35,687 nucleotides of DNA from Bigelowiella natans CCMP2755 (lineage: Eukaryota > Protista > Cercozoa), in contig ADNK01000417.1 of assembly GCA_000320545.1 (NCBI GenBank), forward strand, positions 1-35,687, written 5' to 3'. A program made the position numbers and the translations under genes. The number at the start of each line of letters is the position of its first letter. Within the stretch, counting starts at the first letter, position 1. The notes below the pieces were generated by a model that did not search any database, was not told where the DNA came from, and saw nothing but the letters and a program-made list of their open reading frames with translations. Of this stretch, positions 1 through 11,493 are shown piece after piece.

Positions 1-74
1 TCCTTTGTTCTGCCATCATCATCTTTCATCATCATCAACAACAACAAAAACGGCATTCTATTCCCCTCTCACAG

Positions 75-173
75 GTGGTGGTGAAGATCTGTGATAAGTA
101 CACCTCGCCGTTATCACCCTACTTGATGGCCATGGCCACTTCCGCTAACATTGGCAGCGCAGCAACGCCTCTC

Positions 174-252
<79 letters not shown>

Positions 253-1221
253 AAAAGAGTAATATATCACAAGAAAGGCAGCCTTTCAGCTCTAAGTTTG
301 GCGAGTGGCAACCATTTTGTTCAATTGTTATCTAAAACCTTCTGGTTATTCCGTCTCCATGCTGCTGTAGTATTGCTCACCTTCTGCACCTGCTGCTGCT
401 GCTGCTGCTGCTGCTGTCTTTCAATTCGCTCTCACAATTCTTCGCCATTCCACCATCAGGCAATCCTAAGAACATGGTGGTACATGCAAAGGCAAACATA
501 TCGTTCATTCGATTCGTGAGCAAGATGGGCCCCCCTGCTCTCGTCGGCCTAGTGGTAGGAAGCACGTGCCACAATGCAGCAGAATTGTCTTTTAAGGGAG
601 GGGAGGGGGAGGTTTCGAGGATGGAACATCCCTGTATTATCAGAGAAATAATGAATGTATGTGCATATGACCAACAGCTTCTCTTACCTATCGATCTTAT
701 GGCGATCCAGCTAATCGATTTGCGGCGTATATCCCCCCCCCCCCCCCTCCCCCTCTCAGGTCAATACAGTGCTGATCACGCTGTACTATAGATCGGAGCT
801 CTCCACGGCCACATTTGCGAAGTCTGAGAGCTCTTTCGCGGTAGTTTGTAGTTGTACTCTTGTGCTCTTGCGCAGTTGATTCTGAACTGTAATGCCCGGT
901 GAATAAAATGGTGTGCAGTGGCCTCCATCCTCGATTGATGATTTCTTCTTCCTCCTCCTCCTCTTCCTCTTCCCCACACAGGACACCGATTCCGATGATG
1001 ATGCTGATGATGAAATCGGCACGCGGATTAACAAGGACTTTAGAATGCTGCAAACGATCAAGTCGATGCGGCGCCTTAACAGTTACGATGTAGATGAGCG
1101 CACGGCCCTCAGTAGCAAAGGAAGTGCCACAAAGAATCAATCGTATCCTTGGATGCAGCAGATTATAGATCTCCAGTAACATTCACATCACATCAAAAAT
1201 ATTAAGACGCATAAAACACAA

Positions 1222-1284
<63 letters not shown>

Positions 1285-1550
1285 ATACATGATATAAATA
1301 TTATGTATGTGTTGGAGTGTGTGTGTGTGTGTGTGTGTGTGTATCGATGTATATTCTGGCTTTACAACTTGACAGCAAGCACGTCTAATTATGGCATACG
1401 CTGCTCATTTATGCACGCACCCTGAGGCTGCAAGAGGACCACTGCCCTCTCCTAAAATCCTACTACGATGACGACTATTACTACTACTACTACTACTAAT
1501 CGATATTTTGTATTGTGGAATCACGATGATCTTGAATCAAAACACCATTA

Positions 1551-1587
<37 letters not shown>

Positions 1588-1651
1588 GTACAAGACATTT
1601 GAGGAGATGGTGGAAAAGGACCCAGATGCAAAGTACATTTACGATAAGGTT

Positions 1652-1686
<35 letters not shown>

Positions 1687-1810
1687 AATCAGGACGACGA
1701 CTTATTCGTCAATATAATCAGCACATAACAAACAAGCATAACCCATGCACACAGCAATATAACCACCAGCCTGGTAGCAAGTAGCAATGACAGTGATTTT
1801 CACAACTCAC

Positions 1811-1845
<35 letters not shown>

Positions 1846-2302
1846 GTGATGACAACCAAAAACAAGGTGCGGGGCCCTGCAGACAGCGTCTCGAAAAACG
1901 TCGTTGATCCTGGAAAGGAGATGGATCTAGCAAAGATATTTCGGTACCCCGTCCAAATGAGCGATCTCGACGACGCATTCCCCAGTGATGATGGTAAGGA
2001 TGGCGGTGGTGGTGATGACAGCAAGAAGAACAGTAGGAAGGACGGGGCTCTAGAAATGACATCAACAGGGGGGGGGGGCGATGCTACGAGGAGCGACGGG
2101 CCGACTTCCATGCCAAAGAAGAAATGTACGAATTTATGAGATATAATGAGAGAGAGAGAGAGAGACCTTCGTTCACCAGTCGTGCTGATGAAGTAGAAGA
2201 ACAAGAACAAGAACAACAAGAAGAAGAAGAATGAGAAACGGGAGGAGGAGGAGGAGGAGGAGGAGGAGGAGGAGGAAGAGGATACTTCTCGTCCAGATAA
2301 AA

Positions 2303-2349
<47 letters not shown>

Positions 2350-3164
2350 GATGGCTTTGAAAATCTCCCATCATCATCCTTATCATCATCCTTATCATCA
2401 TCCTTATCATCATCCTTATCATCATCCTTATCATCATCATCATCATATCATCATCATCATCATCATCATTATTGCTCATTTCACACATAAAGCGGCTACT
2501 GCCCGTAACCTGGAGAACGTTGGGATCGGAGTGGTGCTGCTGTTTATGTATGTGGCGTTCTTGGCGAATTTCCCCATGGGGTGGACTACCATGACAGCAG
2601 CTATCATCCTTATCGTCCTTGAGAGATCTGCACAGGGGGTCTACGACATTGATTGGCAGGTCATTAAGATAATAATGATGATGAGGAGGAGGAAGAGGAG
2701 GAGGAGGATGATGACTTCTGTCACTTTCCCCCTCACCTGTAGCTAGCTGTCGGCGCCTTTGTTAGCATTATTAACGGTTGTGTTGTTGTGTGGTTTTATG
2801 CTGCACAGATTCTCATCTACATCATTGGCATGTTCGTCGTTATAACGGGAATTAACAAATCCCCACTCACGAATGTCTCTTGGAACCTTATCCAACCGCT
2901 GGTATGCTAGCAAGATGTCATTACGACTCGGTTTTCTCCGACCGATAATGATGTTCTCTACGATTACGATTCAGCTAAATAGACATCGTGCTGCGTACAA
3001 TGGCGTCAGCGTGTACACACACACACACACACACACGCACACTCACTCACTCACACTCACACACGCATGTAGTAAATGTATAATACACTGAAACGCAAGA
3101 AATAATCGGGCTGCTAGTCTTCTGCACGTAATATTTCAAACAGGGGTGGCTTTACAAAGGGCTG

Positions 3165-3207
<43 letters not shown>

Positions 3208-3703
3208 TGTTATTGTTGTTGTTGTTGTTTGTCAGGTTTTGTCGGCAAATCCCTTGTTCTCTGTGGGCGGATTCTGCCTTCTCGTGATTGTGTTGTCGTT
3301 TGTATTTACAAGCATTCCAACCGTCCTCCTTGTTAGCCCACATCTTGAGGATCTCACGGGACCAATGCGTCCATACAGGTAGTACTACAAGTAGTCATAG
3401 TAGAAGTATGCTGCTACTATGTTAGACCGTCGCTTATCCCAATCATCATCATCACCATCGTTGTCATCGTCGTCATCATTATTATCACCACCATTCAATG
3501 CTCAGCAGATTCGTTGGCTTGCTAATCAAAGTGTGTTGTATCATCCTCCCACCACCACCATCATCACCATCATCATCATCACCATCATAATCATCATCAT
3601 CATCATCTTAGTTGGTTTCTCCTGGCCTTGAGTGTCACCTTGTGCGGTAATCTCACCATCTTCGGTAGCGTTGCAGGTCGTAGCACGAACAACACACACA
3701 CAC

Positions 3704-3742
<39 letters not shown>

Positions 3743-3968
3743 TACAAATGAGTATTGAAGAAAGTGAGTATGGGTCTCATTATGTAGTTAGTGCTCTCCC
3801 TCATCATCCTCATTATCATCGTCATCATCATCGTAAACAGGGGTTATCGCCAGTCAAAAGGCCGAAGCTGCTGGAGAATCCATGGGCTTTATGCAGTGGT
3901 TCAAATTTGCCTTTCCCTCCACGCTGTTGATCCTTGCGCTCGGAGCGACTGTTTTGGTCATGATCTGA
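75..3968 (+). CDS. Lsi2/ArsB-NhaD (IT superfamily) transporter, silicon-efflux-transporter-like; 5' end lies outside the window; ~10 exons
   Basis: Exons splice in frame at GT-AG: ..PYLMAMATSANIGSAATPLG|NPKNMVV..PPALVGLV|VNTVLITLYY..(acidic loop)..GVVLLFMYVAFL..IDWQ|ILIYIIGMFVVITGI..|..SIPTVLL..|WFLLALSVTLCGNLTIFGSVAG|VIASQKA..FMQWFKFAFPSTLL..VMI* (TGA 3966-3968). SANIGS-x-TPxGNPxN, IDW-x-LxxFxGMF and GNLTxxGS are hallmark Lsi2/ArsB-family motifs. Confidence 0.85.
2369..2432. repeat. 12-bp minisatellite (CATCATCCTTAT)x~5 inside an intron, grading into (CAT)n
   Basis: Read directly from the sequence. Confidence 0.9.
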
Positions 3969-4300
3969 TGGATGGTGGCAACAAGAACAACAACATCGGT
4001 GCATGCATGCATGACGGTCACAACCGTGCAGCGTTGACTTGAGCAAGTGGTGGGATATAGTGTGCGGTCGGGGAAAGAAGGGGGGGGGGGCGCACAATTT
4101 ATGTTCCGCTGCGTACAAATGACGTGTCCGTTCGTTTGTTTGTAGGATGTGTGCTACGTGTATCGTGCACATGATGATTCATCCGAGTTCAGCAAACATT
4201 AATTACACATAGATTTTGTGCTACTAATCGTTTGTATTCTCATGACGCTGTTTGTTGTATTGTGTATTGCATACATTTTCTATATCTGACTCTGTCTACA

Positions 4301-4338
<38 letters not shown>

Positions 4339-4631
4339 CATATATAAATTTACGACCGTGATCCGTAACAACGCAAGTTCTGCGTCTAGAATAGCTAGAT
4401 AGTGGAGGCGGTGCGCCAAGCATGCATCAATGAACGTGCATATGCATTATTATGCATGCTAAATAATTAATAGCATGATCGAGTTGTAAAGACAAAACAC
4501 ATACACGGACATGCTATGGCTAGCTGCTAGATCGCACGCAGCTAGGCTATACGTACACATTACGCAATGTCGTGGTATGCATAGTTAGTGCTTCGCAGCA
4601 AGAAGGCACGGCCTATGTCTTTGCTAATACA

Positions 4632-4705
4632 ATTGCACAGCTACGCGTGCTAGCGTGAGGATGACCATTGAGCAAATTTAATTTAATTCATTATACATCC
4701 GTCTC
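4632..4705 (+). repeat. Degenerate copy of the interspersed double-hairpin repeat family
   Basis: ATTGCACAGCTAC..AGGATGACCATTGAGCAAATTTAATTTAATTCATTATACATCCGTCTC aligns by eye to 22512-22572. Confidence 0.85.
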
Positions 4706-4847
4706 GATCGTGTGAGTTGCGTCTGGCAACCATGCATGCATGCGCCATGTACGATGGCTAAGTGTGACGACAGCTCTAGAGCTAGGCAGTGCTAGAGTGC
4801 TGCACCGCGATGGGACACTCATGCAGATATGCAATCTATAGCGCGTT

Positions 4848-4863
4848 TAACCCTAACCCTAAT
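4848..4863. repeat. Short interstitial telomere-like tract (TAACCC)2 plus degenerate units
   Basis: TAACCCTAACCCTAATCTTAATC; the reverse complement is (TTAGGG)n-like. Confidence 0.5.
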
Positions 4864-4982
4864 CTTAATCTATAGCGTGCTAGTAATTATACGCTCCGTG
4901 ACCTCTCAGCAGCGAGCGAGCGATCCACAGTAGCTCGTCTGATGTCTGCCTGTGAGTGTGTGTGTTTTTACATATTCGTTGG

Positions 4983-5013
<31 letters not shown>

Positions 5014-5084
5014 AGTCGTACACCATGCCAAAGTCAGGTTTGAACGAACAACATGCCGCTGAATGCAGCCCAACAGACGACGAC

Positions 5085-5870
5085 TCAATTTTGTTTCGCT
5101 TCATTCTGTGGATCGTTTGGCGAGTCTCCGCTGTCATCGATACGAAGTTTGGCAAAATTCATTTCCGAATCTCCCATGAGCCCCGTAGCTGCAATTGGGG
5201 GCAGGCCCCGGGGGCTATTGAGGTAGTCTTCGTACTCACGATCAAAACTCGAATCAACATCATCGCTTCCCACTGATGCCACTCCGGATTGGCTTAGATC
5301 CCCTCCTTCGTCACTCGAAACGGTTGTTGCTGTTGTTCTCGATGTCCATCCATCCCCCCCCCCCCCTTCCTCCTCCCCAAGATAGGAGCTCTTCAAATCT
5401 CGTTGAGAGCTCGTATTCTGTTCTCTAACGACGTGGTTTTCGTCGTTTCCAGTCGAAGGATAATGGTATCCTTTGGCTGCTGCTCGCGCCGTATCTTCAG
5501 CATCATCGGTAAAAGGTGATTCACTGCTTTGGTCAGCGAATGGAGCGGGGGAAAAGCCTTTGTTGACCGAATTATCAACAGCGCTGTCGTTGCTGATGTG
5601 ATTCCCTTTATTTCCACCATTACCACCATCTAACCACGGCAAAGGCCCAGAGGGTGCGAGAGGTTCAGGACGATGCTGTTCCGCCTCCACCGCTTGCATG
5701 AATGCCTTTGCTGCGGTATTAGTTAATTAATTCATTCGTTCCACACGTTAGTTTCAAATCAAAGAGTGGGACTGTGGGATGTATCTTGGCGTGATGTGTA
5801 GCTAGAACGCTACGGGATATAGAATGCATCACGAGCCCGGTGTGCAGAAGAAGAAATTCGCAAGAGGCTA

Positions 5871-5909
<39 letters not shown>

Positions 5910-8075
5910 CTATGCGCGAATGTGTGCTTGTGTCGTCGAGGATTCCGTGCCTTTCGCTCTGGTGAATATGTCTGGAAATACATGATCGAACGTTAAATTG
6001 TATCTCTTGAAGAGTATATCCGACGCGGAAAGGCCCTGAGTACATTCATCCATCATCATCATTATCATCATTATCATCATCATCAACATGACTGTGCATT
6101 CGTGGAGTGTGAGTGGATGAATGCGATGAGATTGATGATTATGGTGATAATGACGATGATGGGTAGATCGCTGACCGTGTCTGAGGCAGTTACAGATAGA
6201 TTTCCGCTGTTTTAAGTTGTTGAAAACAAGCAACAACACTCAAAAATTACGTACCATCAATTATGTTGTCACGCTAGTAGAGCAACAACATCACGATGTC
6301 CCGACGTCTTATTACCCATAATTCACCAGAAGATCAAGAGCTTTTCTCTTCAGAAGTCTTGCAGCGATGTATACTGGCGTTCCGTGTGATTGACACTTGA
6401 TGAGGATGAGGATGACGAACAACAACAAAAACAACAACGACAACAACAAAACCGACTAGAGTATTTAAACTGTACTTGTCATAATTTCACAATACCCTGT
6501 TGAAACTGTACTTATCATACTTTGATAATACCCTTTCAAAGGTTTTTGGAGTTACTAAGGATGATGATATTGGTGAAACATGCAAATAAAGTCATTGTTT
6601 CCATTCTCACACTCATATTACTCATACACTAAAACACACGCGCATACACGTACACACACGTGCGCTCTCACGCAAACTCAGCCACTGAAATATATTGTGA
6701 TGATCGTAATTATGAACACGAAGCCCCCACTTACCACTCGATTCGGATCTGCGCCATAGTGCAGGAGATATGCCATGCATTTAAGATGGCCTTCGATTCA
6801 CAACATAGTACGGCAAAGCGATATGATGAGAAATGAAGAGATACATGTCGTATTTCATGTAGTAGGACCAGCTTGAGTCGCAAGGTAGAGGGGCGTGAAA
6901 CCACGATCATTCTCCTGCTCTATAGCTGATGATGATATGCGAATGAGAATAAGCACAATTAAATTTGGTCGTCGAGTAAATGGCGTACTTGCGTTGTGCT
7001 CGAGAAGAAACTCAGCAGCCTTGTGATGGCCCTTCTGGCAGGCAAGAGAGAGTGGAGTGTATCTGCCTTTCCTCAAAGGACGGTTCACTATATCTTTGAA
7101 AGCATTTGTGTATCTGGAGAAGAGTTCCAAGGCATCCAACTGCGACATGTTATACACGGTTGAATTGATGTTACCTCACACAAGGGTGTACACGTAGTTG
7201 TGGTGACAAAATTCACATACGTCGCCAAGGTTGCAGGCAAGATGAAAAGCAGGCCACCCTGCGGACAAAAACCATAATATAATGATCGTCATCCTCATTA
7301 TCATAGTAGAAGAAAACGAAGAAAGAGGAGGAGGAGGAGGAGGAGGAGGAGGGAGGCAATTTGGTTGGATTCTTTGGCCAAAGGTGTTTCAAGGTATTAG
7401 TACAGATTCTACAATTGTACCGGATCTACCCTCTTCCAGGGGGTCAGCTCCACGCTGTAGCTTGCACGATATTTCCTTGATGTTTCCAGATTCCACAGCT
7501 TCTGCTAATCCTGCGGGCACATCCTCGTCTGCATCACCTGAACGAAATAAGGGATTATACGACTACTCTCGTGATGAGAAGACATCGTTACACTGCTATG
7601 ATATATCTCCCCGTAATTTTAGTGTGGAAGTAGCATTATTACTGTCGAGTTGTCCCCATTTCTCATGATAGTCCTCCACAGGAGTCATCATCCTTCCTTG
7701 CGAGACGGAAGGTGAAGTATCCGTGCCCTTTCTTGACAATAAATCATCATCTTGAAAGCAGCTCCCATTTGACCTCCCACTTCCTCCTCCACGCAGACAA
7801 CAACACTCCTTGCTGATTTTTTGTCTTAGGAGTAGTGGTATCGTGTCGTTGTTCCTTGCATGATGATACGTCTCTCTTCCCATCCGGCGCCGTTCGGCCC
7901 CTTCCCTAGCTTCATGGATGGATATTCCACATCCGTTTCGTCTTTGTGTCGATTGCGTAACAAGGAATCTTCTTCTTCGTTGTGGAGGTAAGGGACCGAG
8001 CAGCATGCAAACTGCCATGGAGGTGAGTGCGGCAACAACCAACCGCTGAGGTGGCAGCCTCGAAGCGACTCCCAT
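5085..8075 (-). CDS. Ankyrin-repeat protein with N-terminal hydrophobic presequence and acidic low-complexity C-terminus; 9 exons
   Basis: In-frame splice chain: MGVASR..QLDS|DADEDVPAGLAEAVESGNIKEISCKLQRGADPLEEG|WPAFHLACNLGD|LDALELF..GRYTPLSLACQKGHHKAAEFLLEHNA|..GFTPLYLATQAG|HLKCMAYLLHYGADPNRV|CQSHGTPVYIAAR..LLVNYG|GNLSVTASDT|GLSASDIL..|..EAKQN*. It contains several TPLxxA..G..LL..GAD ankyrin motifs. Confidence 0.88.
6467..6538. repeat. Imperfect 36-bp tandem duplication in an ankyrin-gene intron
   Basis: AAACTGTACTTGTCATAATTTCACAATACCCT.. (6467) and AAACTGTACTTATCATACTTTGATAATACCCT.. (6503). Confidence 0.8.
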
Positions 8076-8448
8076 TCCTTAGAACATAAACTACAACAGC
8101 ATCGGCCCAAAATCCCACACCCCCTCTCCCGGATCAGGCCGCCCTTCACTACGTTCTATGGGGTTGTCTAGCGACGTTGCGTCTTGTCTTTCGGCATCGG
8201 ATGGGGAGGAGGATCAAGGGGTTGTGCTCGCTGATCAACCTGGATCATCTCCGGAGAGTCTCGAATACAATCCTACCGTTTGTTGGCGCAGGATGTAATT
8301 CGCATGCTGTTTTGAACCTACGACAACATTTCGTCGCCAAAACTCCTGCGATCAAACGGAAAGGATCGCCCCCGCTCCCCGCGCATTAACGCTGCAGTGT
8401 TTCAGAGTCTTCAATAGGAATAGAGGCTGAGCAGATCAAAGCACCACC
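8076..8448. promoter_or_regulatory. Putative bidirectional promoter (ankyrin gene / Nup93)
   Basis: ~370 bp between two divergent ATGs, GC-box-like CCCGCTCCCC, dense GATC sites. Positional inference only. Confidence 0.5.
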
Positions 8449-11047
8449 ATGACAACCAAAAGATACCCAGGTTTGCAGTCCTTACTTGCTGAGTCCCTGA
8501 AGATCAATGAACATCTGCAAAGCCCTTCCACTGTCACTCGAAACCTGTCGCAGCTTCAGTACCAATCAAGGCGGTACCGACCAGCGAGCAAAGGAGTTGA
8601 CCCTTCCACACAATCCCGGGCTCAAATGTTTTACGGAGACCGATTTGATGTAAGGGAGTATGCAAAGTTAAAGAGGAAAATGGAAGAGATGCCGATCAAC
8701 AACACTCAGGAGGCCATAACGGATTTGGACGTCGAAAAAGCCCTTAAATATGAGCATGCAAAGAACACTCACAATGCGATTGAGGAGTCGATAAAAATGA
8801 CAGCCCATATTTTCCGGGTCCGACACCGGAAAAGACTTGAGGACGACTGGACAAAAGCCAAGAAGCACATCCTCGAAGAACGCGACCACCCAATGGCAAA
8901 CGCGCCCAAGCTGCAGCTACAAGGACAGCCAATGGAGAGTGAGACTCCGGCAATAGAGCACTACGCAACTGGATTTAACCTCGGTGACAACAAAATGAAT
9001 TATTATGCGGAAGTCGTGAGGAAAATTAGTGATACAAACCGCGCTGGCATGATTGAGCAATTCAAGCTTGCATGTGAAAAGGCTGAGAGGTCTTCATGGA
9101 AGGCCTCACAGAATAGGAATCCTGCAGATTCAGAGATCCAGGAGTGTTGGAATCTGATCCGAACCTTAGTGTCGTGTAGAGATGGTTCCCAACCCAAATC
9201 TTGGAACAATTATCAATCCGACACAAAGCTTCAATATAAGTTGATGGCAACCAGCACAAAGATGGCGGAGCACCAGTATTGCAAATTCGTGGAAAACGAA
9301 ATACGACGCAAACAAGCCCGGGTCGGCTCCGATCCTTCTAATGAGAATAAAATCAAGGCATTTCTGAACATACTCAGGAATGGGAGGGGGAGATTATCCG
9401 AGAAAGTCCGAGATTTATATTCAAAATCTGCAACGGAGTGGGCATTGATCTACTATTGCTATCGGTGCGGATTCCTCGAAGAGGCCAGCATGATTGCCAA
9501 CGAAAGCCTTCGGCCAAGGGAAAATTATGAAAAGTTTGTTGAAGCCATCAATAATGAGCTGAAAACTCCGGAGTCACCGCTCCAAGGATCGTTAGACACG
9601 GAGTACACGCAACACGGGAACCCCAACGAAGACCCCTTTTGCGAAGCTATGTACTGCTTGCTGCAAGCGCAGAGGAGTCCCGCGAATAGTCTGATGAAAC
9701 AAGCAGGTGTCATTGAGGGGCCCACCGATAGGATTTGGTTCAGATTGAAGTGCATCCAGAGAAGGGCAATCAATTTGTCGCAGCAAAAAGAAGGCCTGGC
9801 TGAGCTCGAAAAAATGAAAGAAGAGATTTTCAAGAAGGGGGCAAAGTTCTACACGAATAGCGGAGCGTATCCTTTCATTTACTTCAAAGTCCTCCTCCTC
9901 AGTCTTCAATTTGAACGGGCTGTCAATTACCTGGTTAGGAGAAAGTACTTTAGAGACGGGATCCACTACGCAATAGCTTTAGCTCATCACGGATTGCTTC
10001 GATACGGCAAGACAAGGGGCTACTTTAGTTATGTTCCTGGAACCTCAATTGTCGATCTAGTACGCTATGTTTCCGAATATGTGAAAAGGTTTGCTGGAAA
10101 TCCAAAAGATGCAGCTCTGGCAAAGTTCTTTTACTTCAAGGTCCTTCATTTGAGGGACCGTCGGCCAGAAGAAGATAGCAAGGATGAAGTCACGGCTTCG
10201 CAGAAGGAGATCATAAAACTACTGCTCGATAAATCTGCATCACAATACATATTCCCATTGAAAGACCCTAGACGCCTTCTCGACGACTCCCTTGGAGGTG
10301 TACAAACGAATAAAATCCTTGCAAAAGCGATGGATCAAGCTGCACGGCGGGCAGACGACAAGATTCTGGTGCTTCGACTTGGTTTTCATGCGGGGAGAGA
10401 AATGTATGCTAAAACACTGAAAACGGCTGAGGAGTACCTTTTCGAAATTGTCCCAGCAAAACCAACAAGTCAGGAGCAACAACGCTTCAAAGAGGAGCTC
10501 CTTCATCAGGCTTTTATCATATATGACGAAAGAAGGTGACTTTTGTTTTTGCTGTTTTCTTCGTGGTCATCATCAGTTAGTGATATGCTGATTTGATTGT
10601 AATATCTGCAGCGACGGGAACAGGAAGGAGAAAGAAAATATCAATCGTTTGATAGAGCTGGCGAAGAAATTCTTTGACAAATATCATTCTGGGCAATACC
10701 AAAGTATTCACCAGTATGATATAAAATATCTTCCGTACCTGAAGATCTTGCAACGAAGAGAATTTCAAGAAATGGTCAGTGAGTAACTTATTTGAGTAGT
10801 AATCCCCCCAAGTTCTTATCAACCCTGTTTATGGAAATTTAAAAAACAGGTTCGAAATTTCCACGATCATCTGGATCCGGGAATGAGGAGGGTGTATGAA
10901 AAAATGGCGGTTGCAATTATGCACATATATCGTAGTCGGCGTGATGCGCATTCCCGTCGATTAGAGGAGAATTTAATAGAATTTGTACAAAGAGTCGCTC
11001 CAGGTTCCGATTGTCTGAGAACGTTGCAAGACATCCAGGCAGCATAA
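8449..11047 (+). CDS. NUP93: Nucleoporin Nup93/Nic96; 3 exons (approx. 8449-10535, 10612-10774, 10850-11047)
   Basis: 696-aa first exon with Nic96 signatures WALIYYCYRCG, DPF, RIWFRL, PFIYFKVLLLSLQFERAVNYL and DGIHYAIALAHHGLL. Two short GT-AG introns extend the frame to ..DIQAA* (TAA 11045-11047). Confidence 0.9.
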
Positions 11048-11493
11048 ACGGCGAAAGTGTACGGCGAAGGTGGCGAGACACGAATCATTTGACACGTTTT
11101 CCAGCTGCTCTGGTTAGATCCTTTACCGGGACATGAGAAGACTATTATCTAGAATCTGCGGTGGTAGTACGTCAATTCGTGACCGCTTATTGGCACTGGG
11201 TCAATTTCACTCGATTCTGATGAGCAAAGCGGAAGTTCATTGTTGTGTGAGATATATTCTCACCCCATTCATGTCTATTAACATGAGCCTTGAAATGTGT
11301 AAGCATCGCTATGCATGCGCTGTGCCGTATGGTCATTCTATTTCGAGTGATTTGCGCAACTATTTTATGCACAAATTCAGCCTTTGCGTTATGTGCTTTA
11401 TACTGCGTGGCACTCGATCTGCTCCACGTATAGCATAGCGCCACTAGCGTATCTAGATATTGCAAGCTTAGTTTCGGTGAGGACGGCATCATT

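Noticed and set aside
151-4172. Many ORF-track entries with CVCV, YIYI, THTH, poly-M, poly-S or poly-I runs (also at 30-35 kb)
   Set aside because: They are translations of intronic microsatellites; the real coding pieces splice around them.
8668-10506. Antisense ORFs within NUP93 (and similar ones within LHCX and NEK)
   Set aside because: Shadow ORFs of well-supported genes on the opposite strand.
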